A DNA stretch of 64,000 nt from the human T2T-CHM13v2.0 reference genome, Homo sapiens (GCF_009914755.1 NC_060931.1); one strand, 5' to 3'; numbered from the stretch's first letter, positions 1 to 24,677 are shown. Numbers and translations are program-made. The notes: a model not told the origin generated them from the sequence alone.

Positions 1-2177
1 CCTTGCCCTCAGGGAGCTCGCAATCTAGTGAGGAACCAGACATACAAATATGTCCTGCTATCACACCAGTATGTCTGGGTATATTCAAAGTGGTATGAAA
101 GTTAAGAGGAAAGAGGCCTGTCTAGGTGAGGCATGGAAGGCTCTTGGGAATAATACTTTGGGATTTGAAGGATGAGTCGTGATTGTCCACCTAACCAGAG
201 ATCAGGGAAACTAGCATTCCAGGCAGGTGGAAAAAAATGCAAAGACCTGTAGGGTATCGGAGTTTGACTCACCCAGAAAGCATTCAGTAGCTTAGGGTAT
301 GTGAAGGAGGTGACAACAGAGGGGCTGGCACAATAGGTAGGGACCCAACTTATGGCATTTAAATTTTATCTTGGGTTATAGTAAGGCCCTAATGGATTTT
401 AATCTGAAAAGTGGGATGTCATCAAGACTTGTATGACATGTTGGAGGGAACAAGGGGCAGGAAACCTGTGAGGAGACTTTCAGTCATGGGGAACAGAAGG
501 TAGTGACAACAGAGATGGAAGCAAAGAGGCTGATAAAAGAGCTAAATGTAGAATTGACCTAACTTGGTGAACACTAGTTCTGTTATTATATTGGAACTCT
601 CTAAAATGTACTCTTCAGCCTCGTAAAAGCCTTCTTAGGGATGCAAGTCTATGACTGAAGAGAAAAGGAAAGTCATTCACTCACTCATACCTGTTTCCCA
701 AAGTCTGTCCTTGTTACAGACTTTGCAGATCAGGATGGGGCAGGCCCTGGAGGTCTGTTCAGACCCCGTTTCTCAGTGGCCCAAATAACATCAAGCTGTA
801 TTATACATAACATTCAGTCACATTATCAAATCATTTTAAGATTCACCATAACCCCTTAAGTTAGAACAAGTCTCATTTTATAGATGATGAAATAACGGAA
901 GAGTTATGAGGAGTGCTGAAGCCAAATCCTCAAGAAATGGCAGAATTAAGATTTGAACTAAAGCCTGAAATCACGTGCTGGCAAGTGGTGGGTGCTCAGT
1001 AAATATCTGCTGAAAAAGCAAATGAATGAGTGAAGGTTTTTTTATTCCCAGCTCAGTTTACCTCGAGTCCATAAACAATTGATCCTAGAAGCCCACTGGG
1101 AATCCAGAGTAGACATAACACCTACCCTCGCTCCATTGAGAATCTATCAGTCCAGTTCAACTGAACAAGCATTTGTTAGGCCTAATAATGCCTGGCAATG
1201 AGCCAGTCTCCACCGCAGAAGAATTTCATTCCTATTTTGCTATTCTCCTCTCAGATGTTAAAATGAGGCAGGGAAATGACATGTGAAGCTCTTTGGGTCT
1301 ACGGAGTCAAGATCTTCACAAAATCCTGAATGGATGTGCAAGAATAAGCCAGGTCCACAAGTCTGTGGCAAAGTGAGGAACTTCGGCAAAGCGGCCAGCG
1401 CCTGGACTGAGAGGCGGGGCCCGCAGGGCGATCCAAACGAAGGTGGACTTCTCCAACAGCCCAGGAGTGGGTCTGTGACCCCGCCGCCCAAGGCCGGGAA
1501 TCTTACACTGGTTCTGCGGATTGGGAATTAGGAAGTAGGCGTTTTGAGGAACCATGGAAGCTAGCTAGCACTCGGGCACCTTCCCCTACCTCCCGCGCAC
1601 TCTTCACACGACCACCTACTACGCGCAAGTCCCTCGGTGGAAGATGAGGCAGTAAAGGGAGGACCAAGACCCCTAATCGCAGCTTCCACTCCCCAAAGGA
1701 GAGTGGTGCACACGTTCAGTGCTACTGGTTCCCAAGGGCTAAAACCGGAGCCCCTAGGGGCCTGGACGCAACAAACCAAAGCCCAGCGGCCGGCCACTGA
1801 AAATGGGGGCAGGGGCCGCTGCGGAGCGATGAATCCTTTCCTCAGCCGCGCTCGGGCTGCCGGTTCGGCGGCCACAGGCCTGGCAGGCGCGTTAGAGACC
1901 TAGACCCGTTCCCAAGTAAGGGCCGCACGGGACCCAGGCCAGCAGCGGCAACTCGCGGAGCTTCAGCTCCCCTAGGAGCCAGAGCCGGGGGAGGCGGGGC
2001 CGAGAGCCGGGGGCGGGGCCCGGACGGGGGCGGGCCCGCGGTGACGTCGGGAGGGCAGCGACGCGCGGAGGCGGCGGCGGAGCCTCCTCCTGCTGCTGCT
2101 GCGCCCCATCCCCCCGCGGCCGGCCAGTTCCAGCCCGCACCCCGCGTCGGTGCCCGCGCCCCTCCCCGGGCCCCGCC

Positions 2178-4978
<2,801 letters not shown>

Positions 4979-5357
4979 CCAGCCAGGGGCAGGCCCCTGA
5001 TGCCCGGAAGCTCCTGCGTGCATCCCCGGGATGACCAGACTCCCGGACTCCTCAGGCAGTGCCCTTTCCTCCCACTTTTCCTCCCCCATAGCCACAGGCC
5101 TCTGCTCCTGCTCCTGCCTGCATGTTCTCTCTGTTGTTGGAGCCTGGAGCCTTGCTCTCTGGGCACAGAGGGGTCCACTCTCCTGCCTGCTGGGACCTAT
5201 GGAAGGGGCTTCCTGGCCAAGGCCCCCTCTTCCAGAGGAGGAGCAGGGATCTGGGTTTCCTTTTTTTTTTCTGTTTTGGGTGTACTCTAGGGGCCAGGTT
5301 GGGAGGGGGAAGGTGAGGGCTTCGGGTGGTGCTATAATGTGGCACTGGATCTTGAGT

Positions 5358-5363
5358 AATAAA
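5358..5363 (+). terminator. ARF5: ARF5 polyadenylation signal AATAAA
   Basis: First AATAAA after the stop, followed by GT-rich downstream sequence (ggtgttgtctgt). Confidence 0.88.
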
Positions 5364-5815
5364 TTTGCTGTGGTTTGTACACGGTGTTGTCTGTAGCCTG
5401 CAAAGGAGAGGCTAGGTTACTGGGTACCAAGAGACAACGTGGGAGAGGATCAAAGCAGCTAAGGCTGCAGGGCAACCCCACCCACACATACCCTCAGCTC
5501 AGCTTCTCCCTCCTTATTCTTGGGCTGGAAATACTGTAGGGTTTACAGTGGTGCAAATCTCATTCCTTCCCAGCTCCAAGGAGCCTTTGCTGAAGATTAC
5601 AGGATCTCCCTTCATAGTTCCATGAACCACGTAATTGTTTCCCATCATTCTCGTAGCTACTTAGAGCCGTTCTTAATGTTTGCCTTACACATTAAAATTA
5701 GAGGGGGAGAGAATGTGCGTTAATAATACGAATCCTGAGGTACATTTCAGAAAATGTGATTCATCAGGACTAGTCTGATGCCCAACAATATGCATCTTTA
5801 AAATTACCCAGAGGA

Positions 5816-6154
<339 letters not shown>

Positions 6155-6287
6155 CTATTACCCTTATTTTATAAAACATCGGTGGGGTCTGGGGCTTGTA
6201 GTTCCTTGCTGCACACCACTGAGACTCTTGCTACTTGGGAAGACCCCTCCTATGGGGAATAGGAAAGCAGGTATAAGGAACCACGGG

Positions 6288-6575
6288 TGGCTGGGCACTG
6301 TGGCTCATGCCTGTAATCCTAGCACTTTGGGAGGCTGAGGTAGGAGGATTGCTTGAGCCCAGAAGTTAAAGACCAGCCTGGGCAACATGGCAAGACCCCA
6401 TCTCTACAAAAAACAAAAATAAAAAATTACCTGGGCATGGAGATGGACACCTGTGGTCCCAGCACCTCAGGAGGCTGAGGCGGGAGGATCGCTTGAGCTT
6501 GGGAGATCAAGGCTGCAGTCAACTGAGATGCACTCCAACCTGGCTAGCAGAGCAAGACCCTGACTCAGAAAAAGG
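6288..6575 (+). mobile_element. Alu (AluJ-like)
   Basis: Diverged Alu dimer. Confidence 0.88.
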
Positions 6576-7532
6576 AACCAGGGGTGTGGCTTATTCCCCA
6601 AGTGTGATCGACTGCCCATTTTCCCTTGGATCCTAGCCAGGCTTAGGCAGAACTCATCATCACTTGTTTTTGCCTTTGTTTTTCTTTCATGTCACTTTTC
6701 CAGGTTCTGAGCTGGGTTTTCTCCTCAAGCTTTGCAGGAAGTGAGTCCAAGAGACTATAACTCAGAGATTCTTTGGAGGGGAAAGATACCCTTGCAGGAG
6801 CTCTATCTGCCCAGCCAGATGTCCTACCCACTGGCAGAGCAGCTGGGGTTGAGGAGGGGTGCTTGGTGCTCTCTCCACCTAGGCCCTTCTCCTTACCCAG
6901 GTCCTGAGCCAGCCTTCCTGATGAATATGAGTAATTTGATGTCAACTGATTAACTAGGGTTTCCTCATACTCCCTGCAAAATAGCATCTGGAACATTTTG
7001 ACCTCATCCTCCTAAGGGCCATAAAAGCTGATAGATTTTTCTTGGTTATCTTGAACTTAACAAAATACTTGAGTTGCAAGGGAGCCAGGCAGAACTCACT
7101 TCCTTGGGAGAAAGGAGGTTGCTTTCTATCCTGTTACCAGAATGAGAAACGGAGGTAAAGAAAGGAAAAAACTTGCCTAAATTCACAGGTTGAAGTTCCG
7201 GATCCTGGTCTCAGCTCAGCCTACTTTGGTGCCCAAAGGGGAATAGGAAGGCAAACACCGGAGGCTCTGCACCCGCCTCCTCTAGGCCATGGATTAATGC
7301 TGCTGCGCCAGGGCCCTTTCCCCACTGTGGTGTGATAAGAGGCTGCCCTCACAGTCACAATGCTCCCGGGTCACAGAGGTGCTGGGCCCCAGGCCAGCCT
7401 CTGCCTGGGAAGTTCTCTCTGGGAACATCTGGTGGGTACTACAGGCCCTATTCCAGGCCCTATGGCCTGTGGAACCTCACCACGGGGGGGAGGGCTGGGC
7501 CAGACGGAGACATCACCTGTGGTGTCAGCCCC

Positions 7533-14084
<6,552 letters not shown>

Positions 14085-15307
14085 GTAAGGGAGAGGAACA
14101 GGTAAGGGGCTAGGGGAGCAGAAGCCATGGGGCAAGAGGAGAAGGGAGGTGGGTGGGGAGGCATGTGATGGGAAGACCAAAATGCACTCCCAGGCTGACT
14201 TCTGTCCCATAATTTGATCAACTCCAGACATTTATTCCTAATCTGTGCCATTTCTTTAGAGCTTACAAACCTGGGCTTGCTAGAAAGGGGAGACAGTTTC
14301 CCACTGCTATGCCACACTGACAGGTGGGCTTGGAAGCACGCTTGGAGGGGACAGGGTGAGGTGTTCTTGTACATTTCTATCTCCATTAAGATGCAGAATT
14401 TCACTCTATTTTTAGGGAAAACGGATGACTTTGATCATGTGTGTAGGTGAAAAAAAAGATGTGCTTTCTATCCTTTGCACCTTCTATCCCTACCTCTTGG
14501 ACCCCTGGGTCTCTTGAATATTTTCCTCAGCCCCAACCCTTCTCCTGACCTCTAATGTCATGTCTCTCCAACCTCCTGATAGACAGTTGACTTGACTTCG
14601 TCCTGCCAGTTCCTAAAAATCAACATAGCTGATATCAGCCTGCTCATCTTCCCTTCCTAAGGTGATCCTGTTTTCCTGCCTTCCCCAGGGCCATCTTGGG
14701 CATTCCCTCCTCCCAAATGCTCAGGCTCAAGAGCTCAGCATGATCTCTCCACCCTTTCTTTCACTTCCTTCATCAAACCCTGCAAATACTTGGCTACTTC
14801 TTTAACAATGCCTCTTGTGTGCTTGCTCCTTCTTAATTACCATTGCCACCACTTGGCTCCAGGCTTTTCTCCAGAAGCACTGCTTCTAGGGCTCCCCGAA
14901 AGCATTTCCTGCTGCCAGATCTGTCCATCCAATCTCATCTCCGACATCCAATCTCATCTCCACAGTTTGCTTTTATAACGTGCTGCTTCCCTTCCATCAT
15001 TCCCTGTTCACACTCTTCAGGGCACCTTGTTGCTCTTTGTCCTGTCCCTTCCTAATGGACCTCACTTTCCTGACTTATTGTGCAAAGTGCTTTGTTTTTT
15101 ACATCACACAGACCTGGAATCAAGAGCTATTAAGCTTCTTCCTTTAAGTTAACTTCACATGTGTCTAGGGTGGATCCCTCATCAAGAATAGGATAAATCA
15201 CTATATTCTTTTTCTCCCACAGGATCTGACCCAGTATTCTAAAAGCCAGAGATCAGCAAATGACTGACTTGATTGCTGACCATTTATATTTCCTCTTTCC
15301 TCTCCAG

Positions 15308-15480
15308 GTCAATGGGATGTCACCTACCAAAATCCAAATCCTCCAGGAAAAACTACTACACTAAATGGACCAGGAACCTCAGAGTCAAGATCCAAGAGAA
15401 GAACATCTGTTACAACTTTTCCTACCCAGTTTAGCAAAACACCTGTTTTATGCAACAATACATCACAACAGGCCACCCCC
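15308..15480 (+). other. FSCN3: Probable non-coding terminal exon 7 of FSCN3 (3'UTR); 3' end approximate
   Basis: Strong acceptor tttcctctttcctctccag| at 15307; the donor after the stop needs a partner; variant PAS AATACA at 15457-15462. Confidence 0.65.
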
Positions 15481-15851
15481 AAGATCCTTGTGTGCATCTG
15501 ACTCAATATAGAATAGGGGTCTGGATGAGGGTTGAAACAGACACCCCAGGCTGCTCTAAGTTCTATACAGGAGAGACCAAATGGCAAGCAGTTCTTCCAC
15601 TGATCTTCCCCGTCCCCATCCAGAACTGCTAGACTTTTTCCAGTGAACCCATGAGCAGCCAGCATTGCCCTGAAGGGTTTAGAATCCAGTTATGACTTTA
15701 AATATCTTTTTGGTTTAGAAAAAAGGAAAGATTGTTAATCTCGTGAGCACAGGATAATGGTAATAACACCTTATGCCTGTATAGGCCACTTTACCTCCTC
15801 CTACCACGATTTATTTAACTTCCCCACCCATCATTACCTTTTTTCCAGTGA

Positions 15852-16193
<342 letters not shown>

Positions 16194-16725
16194 AGACTTC
16201 TTACCTTTCACAGACAGCAAAAGTGATTTGCCCAAGATCTCATGACTAATCACAACACAGCTAGGCTTCTGACTCAAATCCAACTCTAATGTCCACCATT
16301 CTTTCAGTCAAAGCAGGATTTCCAAAATGTCTGTCATTCTTACACTGTTTTTGTGATTTTGGCCTTTATCTACCTACCATCTGCCCTATTAATGTTTTTA
16401 TTGACATAGACTCTTAAATACATTTATTTAGAAAGGAATATTTTTTCACTATCATAAAATGGAAAACCAGTATCACTTACCATAAGTGGAAAATGACTAT
16501 AAAAATAAATACAGGTATACCTCAGAGATATTGTGGGTTCAGTTCCAGACCACTGTGATAAAGCAAATATGGCAATAAAATAAGTCACACAAATTTTTTG
16601 GTTTCCCCAGACATATAAAAATTATGCTTACAGTATACTATGAAGTATGCAATAGCATTATGTCTTAAAAACAATGTACATACCTTAATTTTAAAATACT
16701 TTATTGCTAAAAAATGCTAATGATC

Positions 16726-17041
<316 letters not shown>

Positions 17042-17415
17042 TCATTTGAACCTTCAATGAGTCATAATCTTTTTGCCAGTGGAGGATCTTGCCTCAATGT
17101 TGATGGCTGCTAACTGATCAAGGTGATAGTTGCTGAAGGTTGGGGTAGCTGTGGCGATTTCTTAAAATACGACAATAAAGTTTGCTGCACTGATTGATTC
17201 TTTCTTTCACAGATGATTTCTCTGTGGTGTGTGATGCTGTTTGATAGCTTTTGACCCACAGCAGAACTTCTTAAAAAGTTGGAATCAATTCTCTCAAACC
17301 CTGTTGCTATTTTATCAATTAAGTTTATGTAATGTTCTAAATCTTCCATTGTCATTTCAGAAATGTTCACAGCATTTTCAGTAGGAGTAGATTCCATCTC
17401 AAGAAACCACTTTCT

Positions 17416-17779
<364 letters not shown>

Positions 17780-19277
17780 TCAAGTTTTATCACAAGATTA
17801 TAGTAATTCAGTCTCATCTTCAGGCTCCACTTCTAATTCTAGTTCTCTTGCTATTTCACCACATCTACAGTGGTTTCCTCCAATGAAGTGTTAAATTCTT
17901 CAAACTCATCCATGAGAGTTGGAATAAACTTCTTCCAAACTCCTGTTACTATTAATATTTTGACCTTCTCCCATGAATCATGAATGTTCTTAATGGGCAT
18001 CTAGAGTGGTGAATTCATTTCAGAAGGTTTTCAATTTACTTTGCTTGGATCCATCAGAGGAATCACTAATGTAAGACAGGTATAGCCTTATAAAATGTAT
18101 TTCTTAAATACTAAGACTTGAAAGTCAAAATTACTCCTTGATCTGCAGGCTGCAGAATGGATGTTAGGTTAGCAGGCATGAAAACAACATGAATCTCCTT
18201 ACACATCACCATCAGAGCTCTTGGGTTACCTCTCAATTAAGGCATTGTCAATGAGCAGTAATATTTTAAAATCAATATTTTTTTCTGAGCAGTAGGTCTC
18301 AATAGTGGGCTTAAAATATTCCATAAACCACGCCATGAACAGATGTGCTGTCATCCAAGATTTGTTGTTCCATTTACAGAGCACAGGCAGAGTAGATTTA
18401 GCATTATTCTTCAGGGCCCTAGGATTTTCAGAATGATAAATGAGCACTGGCTTCCACTTAAAGTCACCAGATGCAGTAGCTCCTCACAAGAGAGTCAATG
18501 ACTGTCTGTTGAAACTTTGAAATCAGGCATTGACTTCTCCTGTGTAGTTATAAAAGTCTAGATGGAATCCTCTAATAGAAGCCTGTTTTATCTATATTGA
18601 AATCTGTTGTTTCGTATAGCCACCTTCATCGGTGATCTTAGCTGGATCTTCTAGATCTTGCTGCAGCTTCTATAATACATCAGCACTTGCTGCTTCACTT
18701 TGCACTTTTATGTTATGGAGATGGCTTCTTCCCTTAAGCCTCATGAACAAACCTCTGTTAGCTTCAAACTTTTCTTCTGCAGCTTCCTCACTTCTCTCAG
18801 CTTCATAGAATTGAAGAGAGTTAGGGCCTTGCTCTGGATTAGGCTTTGGCTTAAGAGAGTGTTATGGCTGGTTTGATCTATCCAGGCAACTAAAACTTTC
18901 TCCTGTCAGCAATAACACTATTTTACTTTCTTATCATTTGTAGGTTCACTGGAGTAGCCCTTTTAATTTCCTTCAAGAACTTTTCTTTTGCATTCACAAT
19001 TTGCTAATAACTGTTTGGCAAAAGAGGCCTCACTTTCCACCTATCTCAGCTCTCAACAGGTCTTCCTTACTAAGCTTCATCATTTCTAGCTTTTGCTTTA
19101 AAGTGAGAGATGTGTGACTGTCCTTTCTTGAACACTAAGAGGGAATTGTAGGGTTATTCATTGGCCTAATTTCAATATTGTTGTCTTAGGGATTAGGGAG
19201 GCCTGAGGAGAGGGAGAGAGAAGTGGGAAAGGCCAGTCCGTGGAGCAGTCAGAACACACATCACATTTATCAATTAA

Positions 19278-19637
<360 letters not shown>

Positions 19638-19984
19638 TAGTAACATCAAAGACCATTAATCACAGGTTACCATAACAGATAACAATGAAAAAGTTTGAAA
19701 TACTGCAAGAATTACCAAATTACCAAAATGTGACACAGAGACAGAAAGTGAGCACGTGCTCTTAGAAAAGTGGTACCAACAGACTTGCCACAAACCTTCA
19801 ATTTGTTTAAAAAAAAAAGCAGTATCTGTGAAATGCACTAAAGCAAAGTCAAAGTGCACTAAAATGAGGTGCACCTGGATAATGAAAATAAAGTGATGAT
19901 ATAAAATCCTAGTTAAACTTTTCTTCCCTGCCCAAGGCTCAGAGCCTGAGGTTCCTTTTCCCTTTACTAATAAAGGAGATGAAC

Positions 19985-20296
<312 letters not shown>

Positions 20297-20737
20297 AACA
20301 ACTATTAAAGTGGCACCAAAGACTAGGACCAAAATGAAACTTTCTCCTTGATACAATCAGAATTGAAAGGGAGTTGAAAAGGGAATAATTTTCTCACTTC
20401 TGACTCAATATTATTTGAATCAACATACACACGCTTCCTAAAACATTCTTAAATACCAACAGTGCTGCCTATTCCCCACTTTGGAAAATTTGCCCCATAC
20501 CATAATGAATGTCTGATTTTTAAATCTGTTGACAAAAGAAGGCTGAAACTGGAACATAAGAGAGATTCAGTTTGGATAGAGGAAAATGACTTTATTTTTT
20601 GTAAGTATATCACCCCTCAGGAGATATAAAATAATTTTTAAAAAATTTCAGTCCAGTAATAGGTGAGGTAAGTGAAAAGTGAGAACACTGGAGGTGAGGG
20701 CATCTCCTTTCCTAGAAAGCATTAAGAATAGGCCACT

Positions 20738-21028
20738 TGCTGGGTGCAGTGGCTCACGCCTGTAATCCTCGGGAGGCCGAGGCAGGAGGATCACTAGAGC
20801 CCAGGAATTTGAGACCAGCCTGGGCAACACAGTGAGACTTTGTCTCTACTAAAAATACAAAACAATTAGCTGGGCATGGTGGTGTGCACCTGTACTCCCA
20901 GCTACTTGGGAGGCTGAAGCAGAAGGATTGCTTGAGCCTGGAGGTCGAGGCTGCAGTGAGCTGAGGTTGCACCACTGCACTCCAGCCTGGGCAACAGAGA
21001 AATAACGTGTTTCAAAAAAAAAAAAAAA
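20738..21028 (+). mobile_element. Alu (AluJ-like)
   Basis: Alu consensus. Confidence 0.9.
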
Positions 21029-21134
21029 GATATTGCTCTATTAACCTTGAAATTTTATATCCACATATGTGCAGTGGGATATGCTCTTCAGAGAGATAGG
21101 ACCTTGGAGGTCATTTAATGCCGAATCTCTCCCT

Positions 21135-21625
21135 CAGTATTCTAATCCCCCAGCTACCTGCAGGGGATGCATTTAAGACTTCCAGCAGATACCTGAAACC
21201 ACAGATAGTACAATATCATACATATACTCTTTTTTCCTATGCATACACACCTAGGGTAAAGTTTAATTTATAAATTAGGCACAGTGAGAAGTAAACAATA
21301 CTAATAGTAAAATAGAATGATTATTACAAATGCCGCTATCGCTACTCTTGCACTTTGGGGCCATTATTAAGTAAAATAAGGGTTACTTGAACACAAGCAC
21401 TGCAATGCCAAGACAGTTATCTGATAATCAAGACTACTACTGACTAGTGAGCAGGTAGCATAGACAATATGGAGATGCAAGATTTCTCAAGCTACTCAGC
21501 ATGCAATTTAAAATCAATGAGTTGCTTATTTCTGGAATTTTCCATTTAATATCTTCAGGTTGCAGTTAATCACAAGTAACTGAAACCCAAAAAGCAAAAC
21601 CATGGACAAAGCGGGGAATACTGCA
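21135..21625 (-). mobile_element. Tigger-derived MITE (MER44-like)
   Basis: Ends resemble cagta-tcccc..., and internal similarity to the element at 58427-58765. Confidence 0.65.
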
Positions 21626-21676
21626 CACACTCAGGTGCATGGGCATGCATGTGTGTACGCACATGCATGCACACAT

Positions 21677-21716
<40 letters not shown>

Positions 21717-21743
21717 TTATGCCCTGTTCCCCACATGGCCAAC

Positions 21744-23290
21744 TGTCACGGGATCCTTGAGGGGTTGCTTTTCCAGCCGGAAACTTCTGTGGCTAGTGGT
21801 GCCTTTGCCTGAGTTTTGCTCAGGCTGCTGGGCTCATTCCACACACTCGGCCTAGCAGCCTGCACTCAGCTCGTGCTACTGTCCTGGATCACCTGCCAAG
21901 AGTGAGCCAGGAGTGGAGCAGTGAGGGGTGTGTGAACAAGCGGGGGGTCTAGCCACTGTGCACAGCCAGGCATGCCGGCTGTGGGGGGCAGGCAGCTCCA
22001 GGTGCTGGTACAGATGCCGGCTCTGTGCAAGGCTTCAGCAGGACCGCAAGAAGCTTCCACTGCAGGTGCTGGGGAATGAAGTGGTGCCTGGAAATTTGGA
22101 GATGCCAGGAACCACAGGGCCCCAAAGAGGGTATCACAGCCCTGGCTCGGGGAACCCCTATGTCTGGGGTCCCTGAACGGCCACAGCTCTTCTCTCTTTC
22201 TCATCACCCACAACATGGTGAGTGTGTGTGTGCGAGTGTTTCAGTTCTGTTGGTGTTACAGCTCTTTCAGTCCCACCATTTGGTGGATCTGGAGTTTTTG
22301 TCCCATGTCCAGGAAGAATGAGGTATGTGGACAACTGCAGGGTGAGCAAGGCAGAGAGGAGCTTCATTGAGCAACAGAACAGCTCTCAGAAGACCGGAAG
22401 TAGGTAGGTCCTTTCTGCCGGCAGGTCATTTCAACTAGTCGAGGACACCTGAGGTGGGTAGCTCCTTCCCTTAGCTGGTAGTCCCAATGTCTGTGTGACT
22501 CTGGCTGAGTCCTGGGGTTTTTATGGGCTCAGAAGGGAGGAGTGTGTGCTAACTGGTCCATAAGTGGCCATGGGTAGGTCTGGAAAAAGCACCATCCGAT
22601 TGGCCAAAGGGTCAACAATGAAGTCCTCACTCTGGGCCTCCTACTTCACCCAGAACTGGCAGCCTGGCCCCCAGGCTTCAGGCCATTCTTGGCTTAAAGG
22701 TGGGGTTTCTCTGCAGAATTGCCCCTTTCTGCCCAGGAACCTGTCTGCCTCCCACTATCAACATGCTATCCATGACACCCAGGCTGTTTGTGCTGAGGGG
22801 TGCCTGCAGGCCCACACTAAGATGCCCTCAGTCCCCTCCCTCTGGCCTTTCTCCTGCACTTGTTGGCACCCAAAGTCTGGAGGGGGCCAAGGTGGTAGGG
22901 GGGCTGGTGTGTCAGTGCCACCCAGAGCATGCACACACCCAGCCAGGTCATGACAGTGCCCAGGTGCAGCCACAACTTTATTCCACAACCGAGTGGACTC
23001 TGGGGGCAAGGAGAAGCCAGGGAGTGGGAGCAGGCACTTCTAAGCCTGTGGGGCAGGGGCTTCCTGTGCCCCTGAGAGTGCAGGGATGCCTGGGTCTGGA
23101 GCCACAGCTAGGCAGCTGCAGCTGTGTCCAGGAGCACCGCGCTCCCACCCTGCCAACTCTGTTGGGGGCGTGGCTCCTGCCTGTTCCGGGTTCCCGCTGT
23201 CCTTGCAGAGCACACAACCCCAGCCATGCCTCCCCATCTGCAGCCAGCATCTTCACAGCAGCAGCTCAAGATGGGTTGCCACTACCACCA
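21744..23290 (-). mobile_element. ERV1 solo LTR (MER52-like)
   Basis: TG...CA termini, 4-bp TSD caac at 21740-21743 and 23291-23294, GC-rich MER52-type interior. Confidence 0.82.
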
Positions 23291-23411
23291 CAACCATGAG
23301 GCCTCAGCTGAGACAGCTCCTTTCTGTTCTGCCTAGCAGGACCTCCAGCTTGAAAGTATAGAAGGCAAGGCAGGGGCAAGATGTGCTCTATTACCCTTGA
23401 AATTTCATTCT

Positions 23412-23603
23412 AGAGCTGTGCAGTCCCATAGAACTTTCTGCAATGACTGAAATGCTCGATAGTCCTTACAAGCCACATGTAACTACTGAGCATTTGAAAT
23501 GTGGCTAATGTGAGTGAAGAACTGCATTCTTCTTTTTTTTTTAATGTGAATTACATTTAAATAGTCACATGTGGTTGGTGGCTACTTATTTAACAGCACA
23601 GTT
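23412..23603. mobile_element. hAT-Charlie MITE (MER3-like)
   Basis: agaactttctgcaatga...agccacatgt...aaatgtggct...tggctac pattern; similar copy near 59590-59770. Confidence 0.7.
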
Positions 23604-23871
23604 CAGCACAGCACAGTATTTGATAATGAAGAGGCCTCTTGAATGACGTCTTCTGGATCAGTACCTATCCCAGATAGGAGTAAACAATGCCCCCACCTCC
23701 CCGCCCGCCGACCAGCATTGCACCATCATTATCCATCGCCTGACTTTCAAAAGGGAAAGAATTTGGAAGGATGAGCCTATCCTCCTTGCTGAATATCCGA
23801 TTCTTCACCGCCTTTCCCCCATATTCCTCCCTTTCTCCACATCCTGAGACTTCTCAGGAAGGGCCTAGACC

Positions 23872-23877
23872 TTTATT
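23872..23877 (-). terminator. PAX4: PAX4 distal poly(A) signal candidate
   Basis: AATAAA on the minus strand downstream of the AT-rich 3'UTR. Confidence 0.45.
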
Positions 23878-24018
23878 TGAAGGGACAGAATTGAGAAGGT
23901 TTGGAACTTACTGCCAAAAGGACCAAGCAAACATGCCCCTGGAGCATGTATAAATAAAGCACATATAAATGGAAAGCAGAATATGAAAAATGGCATTTCA
24001 CTCTGTTTGCTGCTATGA

Positions 24019-24097
24019 CAAAAATACATATGCAAATACAAAATACATATGCAAATACAAAATACATATGACAAAATACATATGACAAAAATACATA
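24019..24097. repeat. Short minisatellite (caaaatacatatg) x5
   Basis: Directly visible tandem units with 14- or 19-bp spacing. Confidence 0.85.
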
Positions 24098-24232
24098 ATT
24101 TTCTTAGATTAAGAAGTTACAGTAAATTTTCTTAGATGTGGATATATTATTGTGATTATGTAAGACAAGTTTCTTGTTTTTTGGGGATGCATGCTGGAAG
24201 ATTTAGGAATAAAATGCCATGATATAATATCA

Positions 24233-24265
<33 letters not shown>

Positions 24266-24512
24266 CGCATGCACGCATACATACATAATACACATATAGA
24301 TGCATACATAGAGTAGGTAAATTGATGCATTGACAAATACATTGTTTAGATACATGTATTGCCTACATACATGCATAGATTAGATGGTAGATACATAGAT
24401 GTAAATAAATGATAGGGCAAATTGTCTATAATTGTTGAATATTAGAGTGGGCATAGGGGTGCTCATAGGGAAAACATGATGGACAACAGAACTACTGCTA
24501 ATAAAAACAGCT

Positions 24513-24518
24513 TTTATT
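24513..24518 (-). terminator. PAX4: PAX4 proximal poly(A) signal candidate
   Basis: AATAAA on the minus strand 20 nt after the alternative stop. Confidence 0.55.
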
Positions 24519-24537
24519 ACTGCTGAGTGGAGGCCTC

Positions 24538-24677
24538 TTAAGGCCAGTGTGAGAAGTGGGTGGGTGTTGCTTTACCAGCCCCTCCAATCAGGTGATGCGC
24601 CAGAGAGGCATCGAGGCAGGGCCAGGCAACGTCCACACAGGAGGGAGCAATCACAGGAAGGAGGAAGGAGCCACAGT
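24538..24677 (-). CDS. PAX4: PAX4 alternative last coding segment (350-aa isoform, DCGSF...HFSHWP)
   Basis: Acceptor cccatacag| at 24678; phase-compatible 140 nt ending in TAA; matches a PAX4 C-terminus I recall. Confidence 0.75.

Noticed and set aside
1-1250. GCC1 exons at the left edge (and SND1 exons at the right edge)
   Set aside because: No coding exon of either gene is recognisable; the edge sequence looks like L2/MIR/LTR remnants
21866-23361. Cluster of ORFs up to 199 aa
   Set aside because: They lie within the MER52-like LTR and show no gag/pol/env motifs
24500-24505. Plus-strand AATAAA as a PAX4 poly(A) signal
   Set aside because: Wrong strand for PAX4 and no plus-strand gene ends here
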